DNA from: a virus
Taxonomy: Duplodnaviria > Caudoviricetes
Direction: 5' to 3' (one strand)
Length of the DNA stretch: 64,000 nucleotides
IMG/VR virus record: IMGVR_UViG_3300043414_000372
Coordinates: 32,001-96,000 of that record
Shown: in pieces, positions 25,645 to 36,147 of the stretch
Layout of the letters: the number at the start of each line of letters is the position of its first letter
How positions within the stretch are numbered: the first letter of the stretch is position 1
Notes under the pieces: model-generated
Databases searched by the model: none
Told to the model about the DNA's origin: nothing
What the model saw: the letters and a program-made list of their open reading frames with translations, nothing else
Translations under genes and position numbers: made by a program

Positions 25645-28506
25645 TTATAGACCGCTTAATTTTCTATAGTCTTTTAACAAATCATTAGACTCTTTCATTG
25701 GGCTACCTAAACCATCAACGCCCATACGACTCTTTTGACCATTAATAACTGGGATAGTTGTTTGACCAGTAGATTTTTGTTTATTCAATCCACCACTGAT
25801 AACTTTAGTCATAAAGTCAATGTCAGCTTCAAAAGTATCATCTGCGCTATTAGCGTATGATTCATCTACTTTTTTGTCTTTCTTGTATTTCTCGTCTTTC
25901 TTGTCATCATACTCTATGTCTTTAGTAACTTTCTTTCCTGCTTTTTCTGCTTTGTTGTCGTCTTTGCCTTTATGACCTTCATCATATTCAATATCGTTAG
26001 CAACTTTTTTACCTGCTTTTTCTGCTTTCTCATCTTTCTTTTCAGTTGATTCTTCTGAAAGCATTGATATTTTTCTGAAAAGATTAAAGAAACTTGATTC
26101 TGACATTGTTTCACATTTGCAAGGATTGCAATCACATTTTTTACAAGTGCCTTCATCTAATTCTTCTTTGCCGGCTTCTTCACCTGTAGTATCTTCTTTG
26201 CCTTCAGACGGGCTTGAATATGTTTCACCTTCTTCTTCATCTGCACCTGCATCTGCTGTTGCTAATGCTGAGTTAGCCGCATCATTGCCTTGTGTAGCAT
26301 TAGTAGAGTTAGCTGAACCATTATCAGGAGGATTATCTTCAGCTACATTGTAAGCCATTTGATCTTCTGATTCTACTTCATCAACAACTTGTTGATCACC
26401 GGATGGCTCACATCCACATTCCATCATTCCGCATTCATTGCAAGGTTCTTCACCTTCATGTGAATGACCTTCTTCACCGTGACCTTCTTCGCTTTCATAA
26501 TCACCACCACTTGGCATATCACCGCCGCCTGACAGTTTTCTCATCAATGCCATCATACCGTCATGGTCATCAACTACTTCAATTCCACCAGGAGCTTGTG
26601 TTGAGCCTTGTGGTGCGCCATAACCGTTTTGTTCGTCGCCGCCAAACAAGCCCATGCCTGCTGATTTGATGATAGATAATAATTGATCTGCTTCACCATC
26701 TTGTGCTGATACACTTACTGAATCAGGAGATCCTTGTTGACCTTTGCTGATAGAAACAGTCATACCTTCAGTAACGTCTTTACCTTCAAGTAAAGCATTT
26801 AATTGCTTGTCTAATGCTTCAAACGCAAATTCTTCTAAACGTGAATCGTAGTTTGAGTTATCAGTAAATGAACTTCCACCTACTTTAAATTTACCACCAT
26901 GTGGTGTCTTAGCAAGACCAGCAGTGAAAGCATTGCCTTCGTCCATCTCATCATGTGCGCCATAGCTAGCCATTGTGCCTACTTCAGGAGATACTTCATC
27001 AACTGCTGTGCGACCTAGTATTGGCATTTGACCATAGCACTCGTCTAGACCTTCTTTGAAGCCATCATGGTAGCAACGTGCTTCTTCCATATCATCGTGT
27101 GTACAATTGTATGGCATTTTTCTTAATGCGTGACTCTTACCTTCAAGTCTTGCTGCTTGTAAATGATGTTCCATACCTTCTTTCACTTTCTTTTTCTCAT
27201 CTTTTTTAGCAAAAGGATTTACACCTTTCTTAGGTGCTTCACCTTTCTTCTTTAAATCATTTTTACCTTTACCATCTTCAGCATAGTCAGGGATGTTGTT
27301 GTTATTTTCATCTGGCTTTTTCTTAGTATCTTTCTTAGCAAAAGGATTAACACCCTTCTTGCTTTCTAATACACCGCGATTAGCAGTACTTAGTGGGCTT
27401 GATTGAGCAAAGTGTTGTGGTGCTTCTGCTTCCTTCACTCCGTGTTGGGCAATGTTGGTTGGTTCTTCCACCGCGTGTTTTGCCATTTTTAATAATGGAT
27501 GATTACTGTCATATTTTAATTGTTGCCTTTTACCATTGATATCAATATCTAAATTACCAAAATAATCGTCATACTCAGCAGTACCTATTTCTTTGCCGTT
27601 TTTTAATACTTTGAATGTACTAACATTCATCGTGCTCCAACCTTCTGGATCATCTTGTTCTTCACTGGATATTAATTCTAATGTGTAAGGAGATTCACCT
27701 TGAGATTCATGCATCTTGCTTAATGTTTTAGCAAGTTGTGCTTGCTTTTCTGTCTTAGCAGGATAATCTTCTTTATGTGCTAACACCTTTGCTCTAAACT
27801 GAGCAGGAGTCATATCATGTGATTTTGCTTTTGCAGTGAATGCACCTTTATTTTTTGTAGCATCTTTGATCCAATTATCGCCTGTTTCTTTCATTGGTGC
27901 AACTTGTGAGCCTGCACCTGCAGCAGGTGCAGCACCCGGAGCTGGTTGACCAGTTGGAGCAGCGCCTGGCTTTTGCATTGACATTGTACCATTCTTAGCT
28001 GCTTGAACTACTGCTGGATCTTGTGTAGTGATTGCTGGCATTGAAGGATTAGCAGGATCTTTAATCATAAAAGATGGCTTTGTTGCCATTTGCTGTTGTT
28101 GCTTTTGTTGTGGTGTAGCTGGCATTGGCTGTACTGCTAAACCTGCTTCACTTAACGCTTCATCCATTTGGTCAAAGTATTCTTTAAGACTATGCTTAAC
28201 ACTAGGCTTGCCACTTGGTTTAGGTGCTTTACCTATTCCCATTGCTTTGTTTAATGCTGTGCTATCATACTCTTTTGCTTTGTCAGGATTTGGTGGACGA
28301 CCTTTGCCACGCTTTGGCTCATTTTGAGCACCAAGTTTTCCTAGACTCATACGACCAACTGGCTTACCATACTGGTCTTTAACATCTTCTGAACCGTGTT
28401 TGTTTCCATATCCACCTGGCTCTGATTTATGAACTGTACCTTTATCAGTAGTGGTTGTTGCTTCTGATAATTGGTCGAATGATTTTAATATATCTCTGAT
28501 ATCCAT
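25645..28506 (-). CDS. Large low-complexity protein, probable internal head/core polyprotein
   Basis: Many short modules delimited by (L/V/M)-x-E motifs; internal repeats and Cys clusters. Confidence 0.6.
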   Translation of the reverse strand: MDIRDILKSFDQLSEATTTTDKGTVHKSEPGGYGNKHGSEDVKDQYGKPVGRMSLGKLGAQNEPKRGKGRPPNPDKAKEYDSTALNKAMGIGKAPKPSGKPSVKHSLKEYFDQMDEALSEAGLAVQPMPATPQQKQQQQMATKPSFMIKDPANPSMPAITTQDPAVVQAAKNGTMSMQKPGAAPTGQPAPGAAPAAGAGSQVAPMKETGDNWIKDATKNKGAFTAKAKSHDMTPAQFRAKVLAHKEDYPAKTEKQAQLAKTLSKMHESQGESPYTLELISSEEQDDPEGWSTMNVSTFKVLKNGKEIGTAEYDDYFGNLDIDINGKRQQLKYDSNHPLLKMAKHAVEEPTNIAQHGVKEAEAPQHFAQSSPLSTANRGVLESKKGVNPFAKKDTKKKPDENNNNIPDYAEDGKGKNDLKKKGEAPKKGVNPFAKKDEKKKVKEGMEHHLQAARLEGKSHALRKMPYNCTHDDMEEARCYHDGFKEGLDECYGQMPILGRTAVDEVSPEVGTMASYGAHDEMDEGNAFTAGLAKTPHGGKFKVGGSSFTDNSNYDSRLEEFAFEALDKQLNALLEGKDVTEGMTVSISKGQQGSPDSVSVSAQDGEADQLLSIIKSAGMGLFGGDEQNGYGAPQGSTQAPGGIEVVDDHDGMMALMRKLSGGGDMPSGGDYESEEGHGEEGHSHEGEEPCNECGMMECGCEPSGDQQVVDEVESEDQMAYNVAEDNPPDNGSANSTNATQGNDAANSALATADAGADEEEGETYSSPSEGKEDTTGEEAGKEELDEGTCKKCDCNPCKCETMSESSFFNLFRKISMLSEESTEKKDEKAEKAGKKVANDIEYDEGHKGKDDNKAEKAGKKVTKDIEYDDKKDEKYKKDKKVDESYANSADDTFEADIDFMTKVISGGLNKQKSTGQTTIPVINGQKSRMGVDGLGSPMKESNDLLKDYRKLSGL

Positions 28507-28516
28507 TTTCTTTTCC

Positions 28517-29146
28517 TTAACGGTTATATGCTGCGCCAGTCTTTGGCTTAGGTGGCATCTTTATAGTACTCATTGGGCTCTTATCACCCAACTTCTTATC
28601 ATCTAAATATGGCTTGAACGGATCAAACGCATCTTTTGTTCTTGTTCCTGCATATGGAATATCAATCTTAGACGCTTTGGCTTGGTCTTTGATTGACTGT
28701 AAATATGAATCGCCATATGCTTTACTTGCTTCTTTGGCACCAGGTTGCTCACTCATTTCTTCTTTGTCAAGTAATGGACTATTTTTCATTTCATTCTCAT
28801 AGCCAGCCATTTCACTATCAATGCTATCATCAAAATGAGTTGCTATCATTCTGACCATGTTAACGTTGTAACCTAATAGTTGAGCAAGTTGTTGTACCAT
28901 TGGTTCTGTAGCTGGGTATCTAAACTCAACTTTGATCAATGTAACACTTTCATTCTCTAAATTAGGAAATCCGTATGGTGTTTTTTGTATCGGTGTGCTT
29001 TTAGGCTCACTGATTTCCACTGGGTCAAACTTGTTTAGATTGTACTTAAACATATCTATAAAGTCTTTATCAATGGTGCCGGCAATTTTGATAGTGTACT
29101 TGTAAGTCTTTACACTTTCCATAATATGTTGTTTAAGGCTACGCAT
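28517..29146 (-). CDS. Hypothetical protein (start revised to MRSLKQHIMES)
   Basis: AGGA RBS and GATAAATA (29167-29174) precede the ATG at 29146. Confidence 0.7.
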   Translation of the reverse strand: MRSLKQHIMESVKTYKYTIKIAGTIDKDFIDMFKYNLNKFDPVEISEPKSTPIQKTPYGFPNLENESVTLIKVEFRYPATEPMVQQLAQLLGYNVNMVRMIATHFDDSIDSEMAGYENEMKNSPLLDKEEMSEQPGAKEASKAYGDSYLQSIKDQAKASKIDIPYAGTRTKDAFDPFKPYLDDKKLGDKSPMSTIKMPPKPKTGAAYNR

Positions 29147-29177
29147 TTTTTTATTCCTGTATATATTATTTATCTTT

Positions 29178-29654
29178 TTAGTCGGATTTCGCTGCCAACA
29201 TCTTAAGTAACTCGTTTCTGTCAAGTTCTCTACCCTCACCCAACGGGGTAGCCTCAATCTCTTTGTCTCTACTTGCTTCTTTTTGATCCAATTGTGCTTT
29301 TTTTAGTTGCAAATCAATCATTTTTAACTTCTTATTTAGTTTAGCAGTCTTTGCTGTAATAGCATGACCTAGCATAGTTCCAGCAACATTGAATATCTCA
29401 CTAGCATATCTACTATCAACTTGCATACCCAAGTCCATTAAGTCTTTGTAGCTATCTTGTGCTAATGTAGCAAGACTATCCATCTCGTCATCGGCAGCTT
29501 CTAATCCACGTACTTGGGGTAATGCTTGTTCTATTTTTGATAGACTATCTAATGCTTCTGTGGTGATTTCTTGTGCGTTCTCTGGCGTCGGTTTTGCCAA
29601 AGTGTCTATTTCATTTTGGGGAAGTTCAAAAAGTTCTTCTAGCTTTTTTGTCAT
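29178..29654 (-). CDS. Helical protein, possibly terminase small subunit-like
   Basis: Helical/coiled-coil pattern, next to the gp4-like gene; 5 nt after ACTAAATA (29660-29667); function is a guess. Confidence 0.35.
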   Translation of the reverse strand: MTKKLEELFELPQNEIDTLAKPTPENAQEITTEALDSLSKIEQALPQVRGLEAADDEMDSLATLAQDSYKDLMDLGMQVDSRYASEIFNVAGTMLGHAITAKTAKLNKKLKMIDLQLKKAQLDQKEASRDKEIEATPLGEGRELDRNELLKMLAAKSD

Positions 29655-29666
29655 AAAAGTATTTAG

Positions 29667-30104
29667 TTACTTTCGTGACCCGTTTCTAAAAAGGTCATCT
29701 TCAGTTATGACTCTAAAAGCAAAACCTTGCATTTTACAATATGCTGTAGCAGCAGCCCATTTCGCATGATTTACTGCAACCACTGCTCTATCTCTTGCAC
29801 TTGCTGCACGGCTTTCTATAAGACTTTGTTTTTTAGGTTTAATCTCTACAACTTCAGCAATTGCTTTCCCAAACTTGTTTTGATAAACAACAAAGAAGTC
29901 TGGAATATAGTTATGCACTTTACCATCCAATGGACTACGATATGGTATAATTAATGATTCACTAGCCCAATGTGTTACATTTTTGTGTGTATCACAAAAG
30001 GTCATGAATGTTAATTCCCAGCCTGATCTATATTTAGGCTTATGTTTACCTACATATTTTTGTGGGTTTTTAACAGTATATATACCTTGAGCCCAGTTAG
30101 CCAT
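29667..30104 (-). CDS. Head completion nuclease (T4 gp4/TnsA-like)
   Basis: QG-x-Y-x-x-KNP-x-KY, YRS-x-WE, WASE, Y-x-PDF, E-x-KP and F-x-VITE motifs. Confidence 0.9.
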   Translation of the reverse strand: MANWAQGIYTVKNPQKYVGKHKPKYRSGWELTFMTFCDTHKNVTHWASESLIIPYRSPLDGKVHNYIPDFFVVYQNKFGKAIAEVVEIKPKKQSLIESRAASARDRAVVAVNHAKWAAATAYCKMQGFAFRVITEDDLFRNGSRK

Positions 30105-30106
30105 AT

Positions 30107-30466
30107 TTATTGTACGATGTTACGTGCCACAGGTTGATTTGATCTCGGAATAATAGATATACCATACAATGTTGTTTTACTTTTGAAACTGTTAAGATAA
30201 TAAGCAAGAGTTTGATTTATTTCCATCTTTTTCTTGCCTTTAAGTTGATCCAACAAATCTAATGCAGGGATTCCTGTTTCTTGTGCTATTCTAAAAAAAA
30301 CAGCAGTGAAGTTATCCGCAATATTGACAGTATCACAGATAGATACAAAATATGAATGAACTATATCATACTCAGCACCATTAATTATAGTGTTGAATGA
30401 ATAAAAAGAATCAAAAATTCTAACTGTTTGATCCAAAGATGTACGGTTATCTAAAATTTGTGGCAT
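30107..30466 (-). CDS. Hypothetical protein
   Basis: 119-aa ORF in the structural operon. Confidence 0.7.
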   Translation of the reverse strand: MPQILDNRTSLDQTVRIFDSFYSFNTIINGAEYDIVHSYFVSICDTVNIADNFTAVFFRIAQETGIPALDLLDQLKGKKKMEINQTLAYYLNSFKSKTTLYGISIIPRSNQPVARNIVQ

Positions 30467-30479
30467 TATTTAACTTTCT

Positions 30480-31700
30480 TTATCTTCCACGGGGACCGGA
30501 TGGTCCGTTTGGAAGTTGTTGTCCGGGATAAGGATTAGTACCAACCGAAGCAGGAGATGCTGTACCTGCATTAGGTACAGTTGATCCTTGTGCGCTATAT
30601 CCTGACCCACCTGAGCCGCCAAACACAGGAATTGAAGTAATTATATTTCTGTTTGGTGTTTGCCCTACATAATTTATTGCAGCATTTGTGACTTCAGTAG
30701 TTGCTAGTTTAGATAGATTAACATTTTTAAATGTGTTATATGTAGTTCCGGCTGCCTGAACAGCACCTAATATATTTCCATTAGACAACGCACTAATTGC
30801 TCCCCCTACACCATCAACTAATCCACCTTGACCTAATATATTTTTATTGGCGCCTGGTCTAGCTATGGGACTTAATGTTCTGTCATAATTGGCATCTGAT
30901 CCAAATCCAGTGACAATGTTATCAGGAGATTTGCCATCAACCGCGCCTTCATTATAAACTACGGTTTCATAATCTAATGTCATTTGCATTTCCATAGTTC
31001 CGTTGCCTTGATTATAATCATATGTATCATGGCTACATCTAGTTATCAATGGATTTACCAAAGTATAAGCAGCAAAATTATGTTGATTAAATCCAAATAT
31101 AGTTATATTTTTAAAGAAAGGTATTTTCTGCCCAGTTGGATTAGCTGTTTCTCCAACATACCCCCAATCATCATTGCCAGTTATTGAAGGCTGATATTGT
31201 GTACGTGAGTTATAGGTAGCATCACTAGCAGTAGATACGCCGCCGCCAGCGTTCGCTTGTGCTGCTGGGTTTCCACCTCTTGCTCCTGCAAATTCTACTT
31301 TAGGTTTTCTACCATCTGCATAATAATAATTGTAATATGCTTTCCACATTGATCTAATAGCATTGCCATTGTCATCATGGAAAGTAATATCTACATTATC
31401 ATATTTGATTTTTGTTTGTACAAGACGCTTACGATTATATTGATTTAATTCAACAGTATTAAATGTATAACTAGGTAGTTTTACTGTTTTTACCATTAAG
31501 CCATAATTAAAAGAACTTGCTCCTGGATATGCCTCTGGATTTATATCAAAATATACGTGAAACAGATATTTAAACTTAGGTGCGTTTTGATATGCGTTGG
31601 GTCTAAATGTCTTACTAGCATGAGTGTAATCACGTAGGAAATCGCTGCCGAAAAATGTTCCGGCAGCGCCCTGTAGTAAGTCTTGAAAAAATCCAGCCAT
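30480..31700 (-). CDS. Tail-tube-fold baseplate protein (gp19/gp54-like)
   Basis: KTVKLPSYTF...NQYNRKR...KY-x-x-V-x-ITFHDD and TL-x-YE tube-fold motifs; follows the tube gene. Confidence 0.75.
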   Translation of the reverse strand: MAGFFQDLLQGAAGTFFGSDFLRDYTHASKTFRPNAYQNAPKFKYLFHVYFDINPEAYPGASSFNYGLMVKTVKLPSYTFNTVELNQYNRKRLVQTKIKYDNVDITFHDDNGNAIRSMWKAYYNYYYADGRKPKVEFAGARGGNPAAQANAGGGVSTASDATYNSRTQYQPSITGNDDWGYVGETANPTGQKIPFFKNITIFGFNQHNFAAYTLVNPLITRCSHDTYDYNQGNGTMEMQMTLDYETVVYNEGAVDGKSPDNIVTGFGSDANYDRTLSPIARPGANKNILGQGGLVDGVGGAISALSNGNILGAVQAAGTTYNTFKNVNLSKLATTEVTNAAINYVGQTPNRNIITSIPVFGGSGGSGYSAQGSTVPNAGTASPASVGTNPYPGQQLPNGPSGPRGR

Positions 31701-31729
31701 AGCTTAGATTTTGTTAAATGTAGTTCTTA

Positions 31730-32362
31730 TTATAAAGAACCACCGATACCAGTAGCAATTGAACCAGCTGTTCTACCGATAGTAGCACCAACACCAGAAC
31801 CAATTGGAGATTGAATTGCGTTATCATAACGTAATGTTAATGCAATCGTTACTGCTTCGTTAGTTGCATAATTCAAGGTATTATAGTTAGCTGATTGTAA
31901 GAAGCATCCATATAGTTCCCATGTCTCTAAAACTATAGGAGCATTTGTACCGTTACCACCGTCTAAAATTTCAATATTAGTTTGAAACTTATAGTCTTGA
32001 CCAGATGCAGCACTTGCTTGCTCAACAAAGTCCATTTGCTTCTGTAATTGTTGACCAACTAACTTAGATACACTGTTTGATGCATCGTCACGAATATTGA
32101 TTGCCAATGTTTGCCATGTTGCTTTTCCAGCCAAATACATTGTTGAGTTGTATATTGGTATAGTAATTTCTTGGAACTGTACTTGCGGTCTAGCGCAATC
32201 AATAACTTGTTTTGTTAATTCTACTGTGCTTGTGTCTGTTCCAAAATTCAAAAAGTTTACTCTGAATCTGAATTGTAGTTTTGGCATTAGTAGGCCCTGA
32301 TTGCCACCGGCGTTATCAGATGCTACTGTCATGTTGAACAATGATTGTGAGGCTGTTGCCAT
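31730..32362 (-). CDS. Tail tube protein (gp19-like)
   Basis: PKLQFRFRV, RPQV-x-F, YLAGKATW, IRDD, W-x-L-x-GC and LTLRYDNA motifs; follows the sheath. Confidence 0.9.
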   Translation of the reverse strand: MATASQSLFNMTVASDNAGGNQGLLMPKLQFRFRVNFLNFGTDTSTVELTKQVIDCARPQVQFQEITIPIYNSTMYLAGKATWQTLAINIRDDASNSVSKLVGQQLQKQMDFVEQASAASGQDYKFQTNIEILDGGNGTNAPIVLETWELYGCFLQSANYNTLNYATNEAVTIALTLRYDNAIQSPIGSGVGATIGRTAGSIATGIGGSL

Positions 32363-32384
32363 TTTATATATCTCCTGTTAATCT

Positions 32385-32392
32385 TATTTATC
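32385..32392 (-). promoter_or_regulatory. Late promoter octamer GATAAATA (tube)
   Basis: Exact motif upstream of an AGGAG RBS. Confidence 0.65.
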
Positions 32393-32403
32393 TTAAATAA
32401 ACA

Positions 32404-32425
32404 GATAACCCCTTTCGGGGTTATC
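32404..32425 (-). terminator. GNRA-capped hairpin after the sheath gene (terminator or processing/stability site)
   Basis: gataacccc-GAAA-ggggttatc 9-bp stem; weak U-tail. Confidence 0.6.
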
Positions 32426-32433
32426 CTAGCTTA

Positions 32434-35400
32434 TTATAATGCTGCTATCTCACCTGTATTTAGAACACGAACCGGAACGTAGATGAATTCAGCAGCTTTC
32501 ACTGGTTCAAGCGCAACGTCAACCCAAAGTTCATTTCTGTCTATTCTAGCTGGTGTGTTGTTACTTTCGTCACAGATTACCAAGTAGTCATAGATACCAC
32601 GTTTAGCAACTAAATCAACCATCAATGTTTGAATTACACCAGCGATTTGATTACGTGTTAACGCATCGTTAGGCTCAAATACGAACGGTCTTGCTGCTAA
32701 TGTCAATTGTCTACGAACGTAAGCAATTAATCGTGCAACGTTAGTTCTATCTAATGCACTTGAACTGTTAAAACTTGTCTTATTACCATAATTTAGTAAT
32801 CCAATTCCAGTGAAGAACACTAATGGGTTAATAAAGTTAATATACAATACATCACGAATACCAATACGTGTTTTAGTAGTTACAAACTCACCCGTTGCGT
32901 TGTCAATATAACCAATGTTTGTAGCATTGTCAATATTACCTCTACGTGTACCTGCTGCTGCTAACCAAGGATAAGCAATGTTATCATTTCTAATGAATGT
33001 ACGCAACATCATATGACTTGGTGGAACCGCAACTAAGTTACCACTTAGGTCACTTGTGATACCGCTTGGATAGAACAAGCCTAAGTATGTATTACGTGTT
33101 ACTAAACCTTCTTCGCCGGTTGCAGTCGCGCCTGCGGTATTATTTGCCCATGCTTGAATTGCGGTAGCATCAGATGGCAATCTCATTGGAGTGTCACCTA
33201 TGATGTAACCTGTTTCACCGCGATCTGCATTCAATACAACCATGTTAGGTTGTAGTTCTGGATAGTTAGGTGTAGCCATTAAGTTGAAGAAGTTATCTTC
33301 ATCACGAATGTCATAGTTAGTATCAACTGCTGAACGTAGTGATTTTACAACCATGTTACGTTGTGCCTGACGGCCCATATATGGACTACCGTTAGATTTT
33401 AAACCACTTTCGCTTAACCATGTGGCTTGTTCTAATGGTATTGTCTGATCAGGATATTTAGTACTTGTAAAATAGTTAGATTGATATGATTTAACATTAT
33501 AACCCGAACGGCGTGTGTTGAACAACAACATACCTGTTGGATATAATGATGGACTAGGTGCGTCTAAATCTAAGTAATCACTGGTTAACAAACTAGCAAT
33601 ACTTGGAATAGGATCATTAACAATATTTGTATCACCATTGGTTGCCCAACGTGCATCAGCAAACAATACACCCTTACTATCGGTTTGGTCAGCATTATCT
33701 ATTAACACCCATTGATCTACTCCAGATACACTTTGCCAACGACTAATCGTTGGATATAGTTCTAAATCAGTGGTATCAATCCATAAATCACCGTATGCCA
33801 ATGCTGTTGTACCATCACTTTGAGTTGTTGGCTCAGTAGCAGCAACAATTGGTCCGTTTGGATCAGTTAAACCAGGGGTCGCTGCCGGTGATGGGAAACC
33901 AGAACTGTCATAACCAATATTAGCATATCCGTTCCATTGACCACCAGATTGAACCATGATATCAACTTGATCAACAACACTCCAGAACCAATTTTGACCA
34001 TTAGCTGGCATTCCTACTGGAGCGCCTTCATTAGCAGTAAACATTAATCCGACCCAATTACTAATCTGTACACCCACCCAATACAATGGATTTGTGGCAC
34101 CAGATACGTAAGCAATGCTTGTTACACCGCCGCTTCCATCAACAGAAGCTACACGTACTACTAAATTGTTTGACGGAGTAGTACCTCCCAAAGAAACGCC
34201 AGGAATTGTTATAGTATTTCCTACTGCATATCCTGTTCCTGGAGTACCAACACCGTCTAATATATAAATTCCATTTAAAACATTTACATTTATAACAGCG
34301 TTAATACCAGTTCCTGAAGTAGCAGATTGCGTTACATTAAAATAACTTTCGGCTCCGTCTTGTGCCCATTTGCAATATGCAGTTTCATTTGCAACAAATC
34401 CTGCACCTGTTAATATTCCAGCAGAGAAACCTTGATTGGCTCCTGGAGTTTGAATGTTATCAGACATAATTATTTCGCCGCCCTGTGTGTGAGACAACAA
34501 CACAGATCCGGTCGCAGTTACTGATGCAACTGTATACTCAATATTTGCCGCTGACCATGCAGTTACAAACTGTGTTGGTGTGCAACCGTCAGGGATAGTG
34601 ACTTCATATGTACTTGATAGTGAATCACTATTTGGGATACTTGTTTGAACATACAGAATTGCTGATGATAAACTATTGTACAAACTAATAGTAAAATCAG
34701 TTTCTGTTCCTGTCGCTACAGTAGGACCTGTAACCGCTCTTTCATACAAATACGTAGGATACATAATTGCTACTGGATTTGAATTATATGTATAGGCCCC
34801 ATATATTGTTCCTGCCGGTATTGCTTGCCCACCGGTAGAATCTATCATGGAATTTACACTCCAATCATTAGGTGCCAATGTAACATTTTTGGCTCTCCAT
34901 GAACCAGTAGCTATACTATATTCAGACACCACTGGATTAGCACCTTGACCAGAACTACCAACCTTAACCCAAACCGAGCCAGTTGGGTGCGGCATATCTT
35001 GACCAGCACTCCATAGTGGCATTTCCGAAGAACTGCCAATTGAAACTGCCGGTTGATAATAATCACCGGCTGTTATTCCCAATGCACTTAATACATTATT
35101 TCCTGCCCCGCCGTCATCGATGATTGTTATCATTGCATCAGCATCTGATGTTATTAGATTAGGTTGTGAAGAATATATGCACAATTTACCTGATGTTACA
35201 CCTGCTGTTAGATACCCAAATCCTTTTGCATTAATTGCTGCTGCAACACCTGTTACAGTATTATTAGGGCCAGCTGGAACAGTAATTTGTGTAGTAGCAC
35301 CTGCTATTGAAATACTGAATGTATTTGCGGCTGTCAATGAAGGACTAGAATTAGTTCCTTGTACAGTAGGCCATGACTTTGCCCAACCAGAACCGGCTAG

Positions 35401-36033
35401 CGTTCTCCAAACATTAGAAGGAGATTTGTAATAATATTGGTTATATAAACTTGGGTATTCAATTGTAGCGTTTATTGCATAGTCACCGATATTACCTATG
35501 CTAGCAAGTGGTGTTCCGTTAAGTAAATACGCAGTATCAGTTATAACTATAGGAGTTTTATTAGTGAATTTAGCAGTAGTTGCATTCCATTCAAATATAC
35601 CCCAAGTAGAAGTAGTAGTATCTAACCAATAGTCACCGTTAGTTGGAGCACTTGACGGACGACCAACAGAGCCAACTAAACTTGACAAATCAATGTCAGC
35701 ACGTAAAGTATAGCAACGATTAGTAGCACCCAATAATGAATAAGCTGCCAATAGCCCATATTCATTTAATTCATAACCTTGTATTGGGGTACCAGCGGTT
35801 GTGTTATAGAAGAAAGGCACACCATAAAAATCTACCAAATCTTTCTGACTTGTCATTTGATATAATTTATTTGCGTTAGCCGCAGTAGTACCAGCGGCAA
35901 CGCCCGTACCAGATGGATTAGCTTTATTTTGTGCTGTTGCGAAAATTATAAGCGGAACAGTGCCGCCTGGGGCTGGTAAATATTGACTCTGGTCAATGAT
36001 CGTTACTTCTACGCCTGGTGATGTTAATGCCAT
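32434..36033 (-). CDS. Contractile tail sheath protein (gp18-like), enlarged
   Basis: MAL-x-SPGVEV-x-I-x-D-x-S start, YGVP-x-F, VPPS, AG-x-x-RG, RLIAY, FVFEPND-x-x-TR and P-x-KA-x-EFIY motifs. Confidence 0.95.
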   Translation of the reverse strand: MALTSPGVEVTIIDQSQYLPAPGGTVPLIIFATAQNKANPSGTGVAAGTTAANANKLYQMTSQKDLVDFYGVPFFYNTTAGTPIQGYELNEYGLLAAYSLLGATNRCYTLRADIDLSSLVGSVGRPSSAPTNGDYWLDTTTSTWGIFEWNATTAKFTNKTPIVITDTAYLLNGTPLASIGNIGDYAINATIEYPSLYNQYYYKSPSNVWRTLAGSGWAKSWPTVQGTNSSPSLTAANTFSISIAGATTQITVPAGPNNTVTGVAAAINAKGFGYLTAGVTSGKLCIYSSQPNLITSDADAMITIIDDGGAGNNVLSALGITAGDYYQPAVSIGSSSEMPLWSAGQDMPHPTGSVWVKVGSSGQGANPVVSEYSIATGSWRAKNVTLAPNDWSVNSMIDSTGGQAIPAGTIYGAYTYNSNPVAIMYPTYLYERAVTGPTVATGTETDFTISLYNSLSSAILYVQTSIPNSDSLSSTYEVTIPDGCTPTQFVTAWSAANIEYTVASVTATGSVLLSHTQGGEIIMSDNIQTPGANQGFSAGILTGAGFVANETAYCKWAQDGAESYFNVTQSATSGTGINAVINVNVLNGIYILDGVGTPGTGYAVGNTITIPGVSLGGTTPSNNLVVRVASVDGSGGVTSIAYVSGATNPLYWVGVQISNWVGLMFTANEGAPVGMPANGQNWFWSVVDQVDIMVQSGGQWNGYANIGYDSSGFPSPAATPGLTDPNGPIVAATEPTTQSDGTTALAYGDLWIDTTDLELYPTISRWQSVSGVDQWVLIDNADQTDSKGVLFADARWATNGDTNIVNDPIPSIASLLTSDYLDLDAPSPSLYPTGMLLFNTRRSGYNVKSYQSNYFTSTKYPDQTIPLEQATWLSESGLKSNGSPYMGRQAQRNMVVKSLRSAVDTNYDIRDEDNFFNLMATPNYPELQPNMVVLNADRGETGYIIGDTPMRLPSDATAIQAWANNTAGATATGEEGLVTRNTYLGLFYPSGITSDLSGNLVAVPPSHMMLRTFIRNDNIAYPWLAAAGTRRGNIDNATNIGYIDNATGEFVTTKTRIGIRDVLYINFINPLVFFTGIGLLNYGNKTSFNSSSALDRTNVARLIAYVRRQLTLAARPFVFEPNDALTRNQIAGVIQTLMVDLVAKRGIYDYLVICDESNNTPARIDRNELWVDVALEPVKAAEFIYVPVRVLNTGEIAAL

Positions 36034-36085
36034 TTTATTTTTCCTTTAGTAAAATTTTGAGGTTTACAACCTATTTGCATACTAT

Positions 36086-36093
36086 TATTTATG
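36086..36093 (-). promoter_or_regulatory. Late promoter octamer CATAAATA (sheath)
   Basis: Variant octamer upstream of the sheath RBS. Confidence 0.55.
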
Positions 36094-36147
36094 AATAAAT
36101 TGAAAAAAGTCGGTATTACCGTACCTTCGAAGGCAACTAAATATAAT

